A stretch of 63,205 bases of DNA, filler included, from Reticulomyxa filosa (GCA_000512085.1; 22 parts of 22 records of this genome joined end to end with filler, not necessarily neighbours in it), one strand, 5' to 3'; shown: positions 26,767 to 40,630, numbered from the whole stretch's first letter. Notes: generated by a model not told the origin, from the sequence alone. Made by a program: numbers and translations.

Positions 26767-27982
26767 GTGAAGTTTTAACCACGTTGTCAAATTTCAAAGG
26801 GAAGTCGGAAAAAATTAAAAAACGTTCTGTTTTTTAAAAAATTTTTTTGGGGTTACGTGCAGCAGTTTAGATGTGCCCACCAAAACTTGTCTTCTTTGCA
26901 CTTGAAAGAAAAGGTTTAGGAAGTTGACTAGCTTGTCTAGACTGAAATGTTAAGTGTAATACGAATAGTTGCTCTTTAAGCAATCTTTTAAAACAAATTA
27001 GTTTAAATAAAGAAGAATATAAACAACAACAATAACAACAAGAGAATAAGATGTGTTGGAAGAAAAGGTAAGTAAGTTGTTGTAAAAAAGGGCCATACAA
27101 AGACATAGTTATATGTTGTAAAAAAGTTGTGTTTTTTTATCATACGATAGACTGAAAATACTTAAAGATTTTATTTGAATTTGTGAAAGAGAACTTTAAA
27201 TCATATTTTTCAGCAAATTGATAAAAGTTAGTTAGCAATAATTCGTATGATAGATAATACTATAATAGTCCTTTACCAAAAAAATTTTTGGTAAAAATTT
27301 TTTGATATCGAGTCGGACCAATTTGAAGAATATTTGTCATACATCAGTTACGCAAATGCAACAAATATATTCTTGTGGCACAACTCACGTAGAATCTTAA
27401 TTAAATACTAACTAATACAAACTAAACTCAAGAAAAAGGACTATTTGTATACCACAAAATATACAACATTATTTTTTTTATCCAAAAAATAAAGTAAAAA
27501 AATCAAAGTTCAAAATCCTTCTTTTAACATCATAACATTAAAATTTACTTTGGCATAATTTATTTTTGTTTACTCTTTTGGAATTTTGTTTTTAATGCAT
27601 TAATTCAACTGATTTTGTATTCGCTTCGGCTGCAAAATCTTCTTGTTTTACGTAAAATCTAAAAAAAGTTGACAAATTACGACATATGTACAACTGCAAT
27701 ATTTAAAACTAAATTTGCATTCTACTGCATGTAGATCTCAGAAATGTATCGAAAGAAGCAATGTACAGTATTACATCTGTTGAGAATATCTCATTTGTTT
27801 GCGATTGATCAATCTATTGAAGTATGAATAAATATCTGATTTTTAGTAAGATAAAATGTAGGTATTCAAATTGGCATTTTTAAAAAATATTTCAAGACAA
27901 AAATTCTACTTACGTAATGTCGTTCCTTAAAACTTTAAAAAAACATTTCAGTCATTTTAATTTTTTAATCTATGCGCATTAT

Positions 27983-29524
27983 TTATTCTCCATCAACCCT
28001 CTTTCGTAAAGCTTTTTTTATCTTTTGTTTTGCTTCTAGCGTTTCTTCATTCCATTCTCCAAGAAACATGCTATATATTTTCCATGCCTCTAAATAATAT
28101 TTACATGCTATTTCGTTTTGTCCTTTTCGTTCAAATGCCAATCCCAAATTCCAACATGAATCACCAACAGTTTTATTCGCACTTCCAAATATTTCCCTCC
28201 GTATTTTCAATGCAATATCATACAATTCAATAGTTTTATCAAACTCTCCTTTATTTTTACTGACAATACCCAAAAGAGTATATGAATCAGCGACATCGGG
28301 ATGATTAGTTCCAAACATACTCAAATAAATATTCAAAGCATTTTCATAGTATTCAGTTGCTTTGTGATATGACCCGTTGTCACTATATGCATGTCCTAAA
28401 TTATTATATGACTGAGCAATATCAGCTTGATTGGTTTTGGAAATGCATAATCTGATTTGCAATACCTTTTCATAATATGCAATTGATTCATCATTTTTCC
28501 TTTTTTTTATAACTTAATCCCAAATTCTCATACAAAGCAGCAACAAAAGCACAATTAACTCCAAACAGACCCAGCACAATATTTAATGATTTTTCATAAT
28601 AGTCAATTGCTTCATCATATTGCCCTTTGTCATCGTAAGTAAATCCAAGCAGATTGTATGCAATTGCTACATAAGGATGATTAATTCCAAAAGTATCAAT
28701 AGAAATTCGTAAATGCTTTTCCAAATGAAAAATAGCAGTATCAAATTGTTTAAGATCATAGCATTTCTCTTTTTGATCTTCAAACTCTTGAAGTTGAACA
28801 GGGATATTACAATGGATATTTGTATCCCATTGAATGGGTGAAATGAGATTTTTCAATTGTGAAGTAATTATGGTATTGTTTGTAACAAATAATTGTGTTG
28901 TAACATTAATATTATCTCCTTGACATTGAATTTCACAATTGACAGAATACACGTTTCCATCAATATTTATATTTTTAAAAATTATCATGTTACATTTAAT
29001 TATGTAAAGTAAGTATTCCCCAAAATATCTTTTTCAGTTGCATTATCATCTTCTTGTTCTTCCATCAATGCCACGGATGAATTATTATAATTTTGAATCA
29101 GTTTTAACTTCTTATAATATTGGAATTGAGAACTATTAGTCACAACAATAATCAATCCTTGTTCTTTTTTTTTAAGCATCTCTTCAACTTTTTTTGCTGC
29201 TTCAACATTTGATTTTCTCCAACTTTTGTTCCAATGGTTCTTGAAATCCAATGTTACTATATTATTATCATTTTTCATTTTGTTTGATTGAAAATATACA
29301 TTAAATTCAAGTTTATCACGTTCAATAGCTTTCTGAAAATCATTATCTGTTTTGATTTCATATCCATTGCTATCTGTAATTTTAATTAACTCATTTCCAT
29401 TATTTTCATCATCCCTTTTGCTTATTTCAAGTACTTGTCTCTTTAAAGTTTTAAGTGTCAAAGAGCTTAATCCGCAGCGATATTTCTTTGAACCAATTAT
29501 CACAGAAACTTCTAACAAAGACAT
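27983..29524 (-). CDS. TPR-repeat protein with N-terminal PB1-like segment, split by homopolymer frameshifts near 29032 and 28500
   Basis: Kinesin-light-chain-type 42-aa TPRs (HPYVAIAYNLLG..YDEAIDYYEKSL; IAQSYNNLG..; HPDVADSY..LG). The three ORFs join if missing A's are restored. Confidence 0.85.
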
Positions 29525-30987
29525 TTTATTCTGCTTTTCAAACGAACTTTTTAAATAAAGATGTATTTATTATAGTTTTTTTTCTTGTTTCCTTTTCAAA
29601 CAAGTAGAGCGAAGAATAGGTTCTGTAGGAAAATATTTCATTGCACTTAATTTAGTTTGAGTGAGACAAATTAATTTTGTAAACGTAAACTTAAAGTAAA
29701 AGTTTATCATTTGGTAGAATCAAGCACTATAAATTTTTGGTATTTAAAAGACTGATAAAACACAATATTTTTAAAAATCTTTTCGATTAAATAGGTAATA
29801 ATAATAGCACTTTCAAGTTGCTTGATCGGGGGAGGATGAATGGTATTACACACAATTGTAACTACCACCGAATGTTGTATCCAGCCATTTCAAAGTGAAG
29901 GAAATACAATTGTAAAAAATGAGGCTGCAACCCTTTAAATTGATCAAAAGTTATGAGACTTAATCACGGATATTCATCGCATATAATTGAAAGAATAGCC
30001 GAAACAATGTTTATTTTAGCAAGTATGATTCTGACTGTGTAGTTACTATTGTTGAAGGTGTTATAACAAGAACGTTTTTCAACACAAATGTCCGCTACTC
30101 CATCAAACCAGGAAATGATAAAATGTTTCAAACGTTGGCCATTACTGATATTGTTTATTTTTTTCATTTCGTTTTTGGGGTATGAAAAAAACTTTGTGCG
30201 GATTTAGCGCGCAAATAAAGACAATCCTGAACATTTATGCCTCGTTAGTGATCCATATGCCGACCCAAATCTACTTCATTTCATGTGACACTTGATTAAC
30301 AAAGCAAGCAAAATTTTTTGTTTTTTACAATTCAGTGTCTAAAAGACCTCGTGCATTCTAACTTTGCAAAATATATCATTTAGCTTATGTTCTTATTACA
30401 AGTATTTTGAATATAAATTTTAAGTAATATTTTGTAAATCGGATATGACACAATTTTACATCGTTTGGCACGCAGAATGAAAATATTGATTCATCATTGC
30501 TTGCAAAAAAAAAGACATATGCTCATGCATGACTATATATTTAATCTTAATTTATTCTATCTAATGTAATACGAGGCTACTTGATATTGGGTCATAATTG
30601 ATCAATAAGATTTCTTCAATTTAAAAACTTTATATTTCAAATCATCATTAAAGGTCATATTTTGTACATACTCTCTGCACTGAATTCAATAGTCTGTAGA
30701 ATATTTACTTAAATATTCAATCATAATATTGTAGTAACAGTTAGCGTGCTAAGTATAACGAAAGAAATTTTGTTCAGAAAACAAATTTTCAGTAATATGT
30801 TTAAATCAAAATAATGTTTGTTAAATACATTTTTAAGAAATTGTTAATGAAAATATTGCATGATAAAAAATATAAATATTTACTTTTTTTTAATTTATAA
30901 AAACATTTTTTCAAATTTTTTATTCATGACAAAATCATTTTTTTAATAAATAATATTCAAATTGAATACATAAACTGCAATAGTTCG

Positions 30988-31830
30988 ATGATAAATACTG
31001 AAGTATCGGACGATGTTGCTGAAGTGAATGATTGTAAATTCCATTTTGATGCCAAAGAAAAGCAAGAATTGAAACTATTTGAAACGGAAAAAATTAGTAG
31101 AAATATTAATGAGTTTATAAAAACTTGTAAATCATATTCTAATTGGAAAAGAAAAAATGTGAACAATATTGATCCATGTATGATTATATCTTCAAGATTG
31201 AATAACATAAAATACGAATTTTTAGATGACGAGTTTATTGCTTATATCTGTTCAACTAATGCAGGATGAGACAATATGAAGCTTTAATTACAAAAAAATT
31301 TGTCAAATTTAAAGAATGTAGTGAAATTAAATTAAATTATCCCAACTTATGGTATATATCAGAAAAAAGCGAGTTTTTTAAAGAAATTAATTCTTTAATT
31401 GATAAAGAAAAAAAAATGAAGATAAAATGACTCAAGAATTTCAAGCAAAAAAAAGAAAAAGATCAACAAGTTATTACAATGACGAAATTGATATCATTCT
31501 GACTAAGAAAATACGTTATTTATCACTTGATCGTATTAATGATATCAAATTATCGATTGCAATAATTTCAGAATGGCAATTACATATTATTAAAATTGAT
31601 ATTATTGTGACTAAAATAGATAATTTTGAACATATTGATCAACTTCAAATGCATGTTAGCGAAGAACCAAAATTGTTCAAGTGAATTAGAAAATAAAGTT
31701 TGCAATCCAAATTTTAATTTCGAATTGTCGAACGATTAATTATTTGAAGAATTGAACAAAGAATTATTCAACCAGAAAAAAAATAAATACTTACAAAATT
31801 AAAAAGTTTGAAATTTTTTCTTGATTGAAA
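30988..31830 (+). pseudogene. Degenerate AT-rich hypothetical gene fragment
   Basis: Successive coding-like ORFs broken by stops and frameshifts. No domain recognised. Confidence 0.3.
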
Positions 31831-32277
31831 AGACTATTGACACGCTTCTTGAAAAATCATTATATATTGCTAAAACACCTTTGAAGTAGCTTGAAGTTAT
31901 ATGTGTAAAATTTCAGTCTCTTTTTCTTTTAACTAGACATTTTGTGACGAACTAGTATAAAGTACGCCAAAAAAAGGGCGAAGTTCTTACTAACCGTACC
32001 TTAACAGTAAAATGCTAGTTTTCGAAGATATGACAACACTCAGCTAAAAGTGTAATTTCTACTTTAAAGTAACAAAAAATGTTGTGATGGTGGAATGAAA
32101 AAATGTTACGAATTGCTACAACAGCGTTAGAAGGTTTCCGAAATTTTCAAATGAAAACTTTTGCTTGAAACGAAAAAATGATTAAAAAGCGCGTGCAGTG
32201 CAACACTTATACAACACTTACAAAAAGCGTTACACAAACCACCCTGTTTTAATCAACTTCAACAAGCAATTTTCCAT

Positions 32278-32589
32278 TTAAGTGCATTTTCTGTGCACAA
32301 TGGATGGCCCAGCTTCATCGTATTCGGATTTGGAGATCCACATTTCCTCAAAGGTGCTCAATGAGGACAAGATACTTCCTCCGATCCAGACAGAGTATTT
32401 ACGTTCAGGGGGGGCAATGATTTTGATTGTCATGGAATCAGGAGCCAAAGCCTTGATTTCCTTTTGCATTCTTTCGGCAACACCGTTGAACATGGTTGTG
32501 CCACCGCTCATAACAATGTTGTTGTACAAATCTTTTCTGATATCAACATCGCATTTCATGATGGATTGGAAGGTCAATTTGTGTACACC
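32278..32589 (-). CDS. ACT: Actin, C-terminal part (5' truncated by contig end)
   Basis: [61 protein letters not shown]. Confidence 0.98.
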   Translation of the reverse strand, partial: GVHKLTFQSIMKCDVDIRKDLYNNIVMSGGTTMFNGVAERMQKEIKALAPDSMTIKIIAPPERKYSVWIGGSILSSLSTFEEMWISKSEYDEAGPSIVHRKCT

Positions 32590-32689
32590 NNNNNNNNNNN
32601 NNNNNNNNNNNNNNNNNNNNNNNNNNNNNNNNNTTAATTAATTAANNNNNNNNNNNNNNNNNNNNNNNNNNNNNNNNNNNNNNNNNNNN

Positions 32690-33459
32690 GAGGAGGAGGA
32701 GGAAGAGGAAGAAGAAGAGGAAGAGGAGTCGTGTTTGGACTTGGATAAGGCGTGATGTGAAGATGGGGGAGGTGTGGGCGTCAACGCAGGCAGCCACTTC
32801 CATAATTCTTTCATGTTTTTTTCCGTGGTTTGAAACTGTGCGATGCAAGCACTTTGTTTGTGAATGTACTGTTGGATGGTCTCGACGTCAAACTCTTGCG
32901 GTCGCGACAATTCCTCCATAGACTCGGATCGTGACGAAGCCAATAATCCCATCAGACTTTGACATTTGTGAATGACTCGACTCGTGTCCATTAGATACGC
33001 CATGCAATCTGACAACAAGTGATTCAATTCTTCGAATGGCCATATATCCATAAAGTCATCTTTGTCCATTCGGCTGAACAGCCATTCCAACATTACAAAT
33101 ATCTTCCCTTGCTTCATTGGCATGTTTCCTCCTCCTCGAGTGCTTCCCTCGCTTCCACTCATGTGGTCCAGACCATACAATTCTGTACTCATTGTCAGCT
33201 GCTCATTCAACTTTTTCAGCAATCCCATGTTCTTTGGAATTGACCATTCATTGCTATTTGAAAATACTTTGCTCAGATCGCACGTCTCTGTCTCATTGCT
33301 TCCCACCTTACTTTTTTGGTCTGATGATCCTGGCGCATTGTCGCCTGTCGTCTCGTTCAAACGCTGGCGTTTCGAGGGTGGCAATGTCGACAAGCCTGTA
33401 TCCCCTCTCCCTCTATCTGAATTCAAGTCAATTGGCCTTGGGCGTTTTGGAACTGACAT
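32690..33459 (-). CDS. Hypothetical protein with NLS-like N-terminus, 3' partial
   Basis: ATG-initiated ORF of more than 250 codons, GC-elevated, PKRPR and PSKRQR motifs. Confidence 0.65.
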
Positions 33460-35948
33460 TAAGCTAGCAAATTTTTATTAAAACCATTGTCCAGAAATTT
33501 TTACTAAAAAAACTTTTCCTTTTTCGTCACTTGTTTTAAACAAATAAATAAAAAATTAAATTAGTTACAAAGTCGTTTTGCAGTCATTATACAAGGCTTT
33601 TGTTTAACAACTTTTTCTTTTTTTTTTTAAATTAAGAAAATTCTTTGAACGCTCTGCAATTTCCATCGAGGCGCAAGATGTCATTTCTTCATTACTAGAT
33701 TTGTCATTGAATGTAATGTGTAGTCACGATGGCGATCTTTCTTTAATATGTTTGTTCTTTCCTTATTCTGCTTTTTTTTTCTGCAGTTTTATTGGAAAAA
33801 AAAATTACAAAATCGAAAAGAAATTGATATCACTTTTTTTGAATACATTTTTTTGTAAAAGATTATATATGATATATTACCATTAAAAAAGACTAGTATA
33901 AAAACTTTGCAAATTTTATTTAATCAATATAATCTTCTTTTCCTCTTCAAAAATATCATTTTTATTCAAAGTTAAAATTTGAATTATTTTTTTCTGTAAT
34001 TAACATTTATGTGAAATCGTTTTGACTTACTTGTTGAGATCTAAAATTACCTTTGTAACGCAGCCTTGGATCCAATTTTATGGGTACGCACTCACTTTGC
34101 AATATTCACAAGAACTCGAGCAATGCAACCTGATGAGTGATGACGAATGTGGACGCGTCGTTATACGTAAAGTCAATTATTTCGTTGTGTTAAATAAACG
34201 AAAACATGTTGGCATAATATACAATTCAATCTTTTTCGAGAAACGACATTGAAAATATCATATCTATATCTACATGTGAGGACAAACTAAAATTGCATCT
34301 AATGAAGACAACCAATTTTTAAGTCATAAATTAACTTTTTTCAAAATCTTTCAAGTAAAAATTTTTTAAAATGTTAATTTATTTTGTCATTTTTAAAAAA
34401 TAATTACAGTTTTGTTTTGTTGAAATACAGGTAGCAGCTGGAAGTATTTTAAGATATGAAATATAATATTCCCATTTGATTTGCACTTTGTTTTATTTCA
34501 CCTGAAAGTGAAAAAGGAAATAAAATAATAGACACCGAACAATTTTTTAAAAGGTGTCATTACAATCTTTTTTTTCACTCTACGATCCCTCCATCTTTTT
34601 TATTCAAAGGTATATCANNNNNNNNNNNNNNNNNNNNNNNNNNNNNNNNNNNNNNNNNNNNTTAATTAATTAANNNNNNNNNNNNNNNNNNNNNNNNNNN
34701 NNNNNNNNNNNNNNNNNCATTTGGTATATTCACAAAGCAAATTCAATATAAATATTGATAATAAATAACACACACTCACATACCTGAGACTGCTACCAAT
34801 TGATAATCACAACTTGCATCATGTATCACAATATCGGAATTATTGTCCAGACTTCAATTCACAATATCTTCATTTTTATTACTCGCTGCTTCAGTTCCAT
34901 GAATTCCACTGTCTTGTCACTGAGGATCTTTGTCATTTCACACTCAGTATTCACCATTTAATCACGCTATCGTTTTCCACTGTTGATGCAATTACACGCA
35001 TGCGAGATAATCTATACAATTCGAACAATTGCGATGGAATGACATAATCTAAGATAACTTTGTAGCAATTATAACCACCATGACGCATCGATAATTCGTA
35101 ATATGCAAAGATGGAGGAGACCTTGTATGATGTTTTGTTTGGAATATATATACACATATATGCATATATAGAGCATCGTTTGGTCTTGTGTTGGCGCTCT
35201 TGTTGAGGAATGCGAGTGATATACAATGAAGACCAAGAAATAAAAGCCGAATGTCATAACAGACAACGAATTACCTATATTGCCTTCGCGGAAATGCGGA
35301 CACGACAACGGTGGCATTACATTCAAATCTGTATTCGAACCAACTCACCATCTCGAGCAGGATGAATAAGCCGGATATAGAGATTGTGAGAAAACGTTGG
35401 GGTCGAGATTGGAGAATGACATGGAGATTATGTTGAAGGTAGAGCATGTCCATGTGGAGGTTGAATACAATATTGACTTGGGCGGCGTGCTCGATGATCC
35501 AACTTGTGTATAATACAACGATCCAATCAACCATTCTTTTTCTCCGTCTTTGCCTTACAAACTATACATATCACAGCAACAAAAATTAAATAAAAACAAT
35601 TTGTGTTTGTGTTGATGCGAAAAACGGAAAGTTAGAACAAATTATACACATAAACAAACAAAACTATTTTTTGACTTGCCTGTTGGTTCCTGGTATGGTC
35701 TTGCATATCCACAGCCACGTATATCCTTTTCACTTGCCATCTATATAAAATAAAACTCTTATTTTAGTGTTGCAAAAAAAATATGGAAACACAAAGTACA
35801 ATATGTAAAGTATAATGTGGAATAGTATATACTTTTTTTTGTTACTGGAACTCGCCATCTTTGCCTGTGTCATTATACACTGTAGATTTTTTTATTTTAA
35901 ACAAGCCAAACAAAAAAAAAGATATATATTTGTCGGCGTACTTAACTA

Positions 35949-36300
35949 TTATTGATGTCCACTGGACATAAATAATTCTTGGAGTCATAGCTCCACCTTA
36001 AAAAAAATAATAATTTATGTCATTTTTTTCTTTTTTTTATATTCTTTCTTTTTTTCTTTTTGTCAATTCTCTTTTTTTTTTTCCCCCAATTATTTATTAT
36101 TTCTTTTTTATTTTATATTTATTTTTTCTTCCTTAAAACTATAAAATATTTTTTTTCTTTTTTACATTCCCTTTATTATATCTTTTTTCCCCTATTTATA
36201 TCTATTTTTTTCTCCCCTTATGCCCTTTTTTTTCCCAATTTATTATCCCTTTTTTCCCCTTCTACAATTTATTCAAAAACATCCTTGATTTTCTCTTGTT
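35949..36300. repeat. Dispersed repeat copy 1: hairpin + TTGGAGTCATAGCTCC + ~300-bp pyrimidine tract
   Basis: 16-mer identical to 54768-54783, with the same flanking architecture. Confidence 0.6.
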
Positions 36301-36533
36301 GCTCTTCGATCTATGCAAACACACACAAAAAAGAATTTTTTATATTTTAAAAAATAACGTAAGAAAATACAATTACCTTTTGTTCTTGAAGTCCAAAATC
36401 CAATTCCATATTTCTTTACTGTGGTGCAAACACNNNNNNNNNNNNNNNNNNNNNNNNNNNNNNNNNNNNNNNNNNNNTTAATTAATTAANNNNNNNNNNN
36501 NNNNNNNNNNNNNNNNNNNNNNNNNNNNNNNNN

Positions 36534-37401
36534 TAACCTTTTCGATTTCATGCTTCAACTGATCATTTACGCTTTTGAGATTGGACACATTTGTCACTAG
36601 CTCAGAGCTTTGCTCTTTTTCTTGTTGCAGCTCCGTGTTCAATTCGCGGACTTTGTCCAACAGTTCCTGCTTTCCATAGACACAGATGTATATATGCATA
36701 TATCGATACACACAAGAGAAAAAGTATACAACCACTTGTAGATATCTTCTAATCTGTTAGAAAATTCTCTTCCTCTTTAACTTTAGAGCCAACAATTCGC
36801 ACGACAGAGTTGATCGGCACAATTCTTCCTTTTCCATTTATACATTTAAAGTATCTCATGCCGTCAATCATTCCATCGTGTCCGTTCAACTCATCTTTGT
36901 CAAAGGCCATTATTTTTTATTATTTTTTTTTTTAATACGTGCACGTTGGTGTGTATATAATACGTATATCATTTTCCTTTTTTATTTTTTTTTTAAAAAA
37001 AAAAAAAAAGCGGAAAAAAATAGACAAAAAAAGTAGTAAAGACAGATGTGTTACATATATACGTAAAACGAAAGATACAAAAGAGTCGGACAAACCACAA
37101 AGTTCTAAGCCGACGTAGGTTTGCTTGTGGTCTGATCGAGTTTTGTGCAAACAAATATATACAAGAAATGCTTTGGTTTACACCGAAACAAAGAAGGGCT
37201 TACAACAACTATAGAAACACATTTTAAGACAAGTCACCCCAGTGCACATTGCCAATGTAATGCACAACTCCAACGGCGTCAGACAGCAATAATACGTCGC
37301 CAATCTTTTTCATATAAATAATTTCATGTTGGCGTACTTGGTCCAAACAAAACTACACAACTAACCTGGACAGTAAAATTTGATTTCTTCCTTGGATTCA
37401 T
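36534..37401 (-). CDS. CAP-Gly domain + coiled-coil microtubule-binding protein (CLIP/dynactin-like), multi-exon, 3' partial
   Basis: Manual splicing gives MNPRKKSNFTVQ|IGDVLLLSDAVGVVHYIGNVHW|DHKQTYVGLELC|DELNGHDGMIDGMRYFKCINGKGRIVP..SK|ELLDKVRELNTELQQ. Four consecutive GT-AG introns are phase-consistent. Confidence 0.85.
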
Positions 37402-37876
37402 TTATTAAAATTTAGACTACACCGACACGTTCCACGGATAAAAACGCCACTCAAGTTTCCAGCAAATATATAAAAAAAACTAGATTGACATTGGCAAAGT
37501 CTCTAACCTACTCAAAAAAGTTTTAAGACGTTGAAACATGTAACATATTCGATTGCCAACAATGCATTTACAAAACATTTTGCGTGGAAACAAATAGAAA
37601 AATTATAAAAAATGCTACTGACTTTTGGCATTGTTTACAGTTTCTTTTTTGTTTAATAAAATAGTTTGCAGAGATAATGCTGATAGAGAGGACCCACGTT
37701 TGTGGTCATTGAATTAGAATCTTAACTAGTTAATAAAATGGATTTTTTTTTTTTTTTTACTGTTTATACTTTTCAAAACTCAAAACTTCGCATTGGACAA
37801 AAAATTACTGTTATGAAATGTTTTATGTATTGTATTTGTTTCACTTGTTGAAAACTTCAACTGAAACATAGCAAGC

Positions 37877-38577
37877 CTATGAACCGAAGCTACTGAGCCC
37901 AAAGAGTTGTGTTAAATAGTAGCCCCCGTTGTAGGTACGATAGACTCCGATTCCGCACACATCGTGATTGGCCAGCATATTTTTGCGATGGCCAGGTGAT
38001 TCAATCCAGCCGTTGACAGCAACTCTGGCAACACTATCTAGCCCACGACTCATGGCGACATTTTCAGCGGCGGACAAAGGATTGAATGGATATTGTTTGA
38101 CGCGATCTTTGAAGCCGTCGTGTCCAAAAGGGACTTTCCCTTCCCCCATATTTTGTGAATGAACTTTGCCAATATCCGCCAATTTTTGATGCCATTTTAA
38201 AGGCTTCAAGCCTTGAGTGGCCCGAAATTCATTGGTATATTTCAGCGCTTCTTTTCCAATTTCGTCCATTTCATTGGATACTTTGGGTCCTTTAGCGTCC
38301 TTGTCAAAGTCGTCTTTCCTCATTCTCTCCACATCTTGGACCGTGTACACGCGTTGTCTGGACAGCTGCGTATTGCGCCATTTCTGGTATCGCTCTTTGG
38401 GTCTCGCCAGGCTTTTCAATTCTTTCGTCAAATTGGGTTTAGTCAAGTCCATTATTTTGTCCGCCTTGGGGCCAACGCCGGTGTAATGATCCGGCACTGT
38501 CCCTGTCATTGACGATAAATTTGCCAAACGTTTGGCGCGCATTTCTTCTTTTCTAAAAATTGTTTACAAGTTTGAAG

Positions 38578-38611
<34 letters not shown>

Positions 38612-39153
38612 CTTCAGAGTCTCTCTCTCACTCTCTTTCATCAAAAAAAAAATAACTAAACGAAAGCTTCTTTTTGACATTGACAGAGCTCTTTGTGGGA
38701 TCAGTTTTTCTGGACAAAGGTCTGGAAGGGACAGACAGAGGAGGAGGAGTTTGTGTAGTGATCTGACTCGAACAATATCGGTTGAAAAGTGCAAAGACTT
38801 GGCAAATCCATTGAATATTATCAAGATGCAACTGGCTGCTGAACACGTATGTCGCATGTGTATCGTCCTCATTGGCCGCCCTGCTTTCATTCATATTTTT
38901 ATCCCCATCTTTATCTTTGTCGTCACTTCGAACATGGGATGCAAAGGAGGACATATCGGATTGAATCAATTCCCATCCGCAACGTTGCAATAACACTGAC
39001 ACGTTATCAATCGCCGCAATTCGTTTTTGAAAGACTTTATTTGACTCTTTGATTCGCTTATACTTTTCCTCTTTTGGATCGTTTTGAATATTCGTCGTGA
39101 GTGTCAGAATCATTTGCGTGCAAGATAACAATAAATTACTCTTTTCATTATTA

Positions 39154-39209
<56 letters not shown>

Positions 39210-39812
39210 GTTATCATTATTATCTCTCGTATTCGTTGATTGGTTTGAATTGACATATTTATGGAACAATTCATCCAAACTATTCATAATTGGTTTTATC
39301 ACCTCTGTTGCTGCCGACGAACCTATTTCATGTTCGTGCTCACGATACCATTCCCGGAAGTAGATGGGAACTTCCACTACTTGTGTGCTATTGCCTTTTT
39401 CAACTACTTCTATATCGTCTGTTTTTTCATTCGCCAAGTCTTGTGACACTGGCACCAGAGATACCATTTCCATGTACTGCTGGCTGTGATGGTCTTCCTC
39501 TTTGTTGCTTGTGTCTCGCTTCTCCATTGACTCACTGTGCTTCACACACTGTTTATCGTCTCATTTGTTTGCATCCTATTTTTTTTTTTCCAAACGTTCC
39601 ACATACACACATATAAATTAAAGTGAAACTAAAGTAACTTTGTCAACAAGAGTCGCGATGTCATCTTCTGGATTCTTGTGCACTAGGTCAGAAAGAAACG
39701 CCTGGTCCAACGACTTTGTACACATAGTGCAACTTTTTTTTTTACTAGTTGAGATTTGTTTCAAAAGTAAAGAGTTCACGTTTGTACCAGTATTCTCATT
39801 TTTGATGTTCAT
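37877..39812 (-). CDS. PUB domain + CAP/SCP domain protein
   Basis: PUB: LTLTTNIQNDPKEEKYKRIKESNKVFQKRI..LLQRCGW. Intron 38553-38661 joins in frame to a CAP domain: TNEFRATQGLKPL..HSQNM..GHDG..AENVA..GWIESPGHRKNML..CGIGV. Confidence 0.85.
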
Positions 39813-40630
39813 ACCTCAAATGTTTCGGTCAGGTACGCTAGTTTTTCAGCTGACATGACTTTTATCCTCTTTAGAAACGATATGATAATAATAGTAACCA
39901 GTTAGAAAAAATAAAATAGAGAACAGCTTTACCTTGTTCTTATATTTCACTTCTTTCACCCCTTTTAAAAGAAAAGTTCACTCTCCGCTTTTTTTCCGTC
40001 TGTTTGTTGTTTAAAACGTGTTTCCCCAATATTTTAATCAGAAGAAACAAGCTCAACACAGTTATTTGTAGTATTGAAAAAAGTCATTTTAACTCGTACA
40101 TATGGTTGAACGGGATATATTGTTTTTTGGCTTTTTAAAAGATAATGAGGAAATCAAAGAAAACTGCTAAAACAAGAATTCGATTTTCATGAAAAGTAAA
40201 GCAAAATTTCATATTTGTTGAAAACTGATACGTCAAATTATATGAGAATTCGACAGTAGTCATAGATTTGATAAATTGTGATCTTCACATACCAAAAGAC
40301 TACAAAAAGCTTAATCTACTAACTGCAAAAATTGAATATTACAAAAAAGAAAAGGAAAAACTACGTTTACCTGCTCCTTTGCGAATTATTTAAGACTGGC
40401 ACAAGACGCTCAAGCGCTCTTGGACGGGGAGTTTCCTGAAAAGTGCTAATTTAATAACATAATAATTTCCATATCATGCAGAATCTAATATCTGAAAATA
40501 GAAGTTATTGATAACTTAATAAAAAAATACAAAAATGACTCTTTGGCAATTGAAAGAACGAAAATAAATAGGCTCAACTCTTAAACCAACGACCAACTGG
40601 CAACAAAACAAAAACAATACTTCGGAATAG

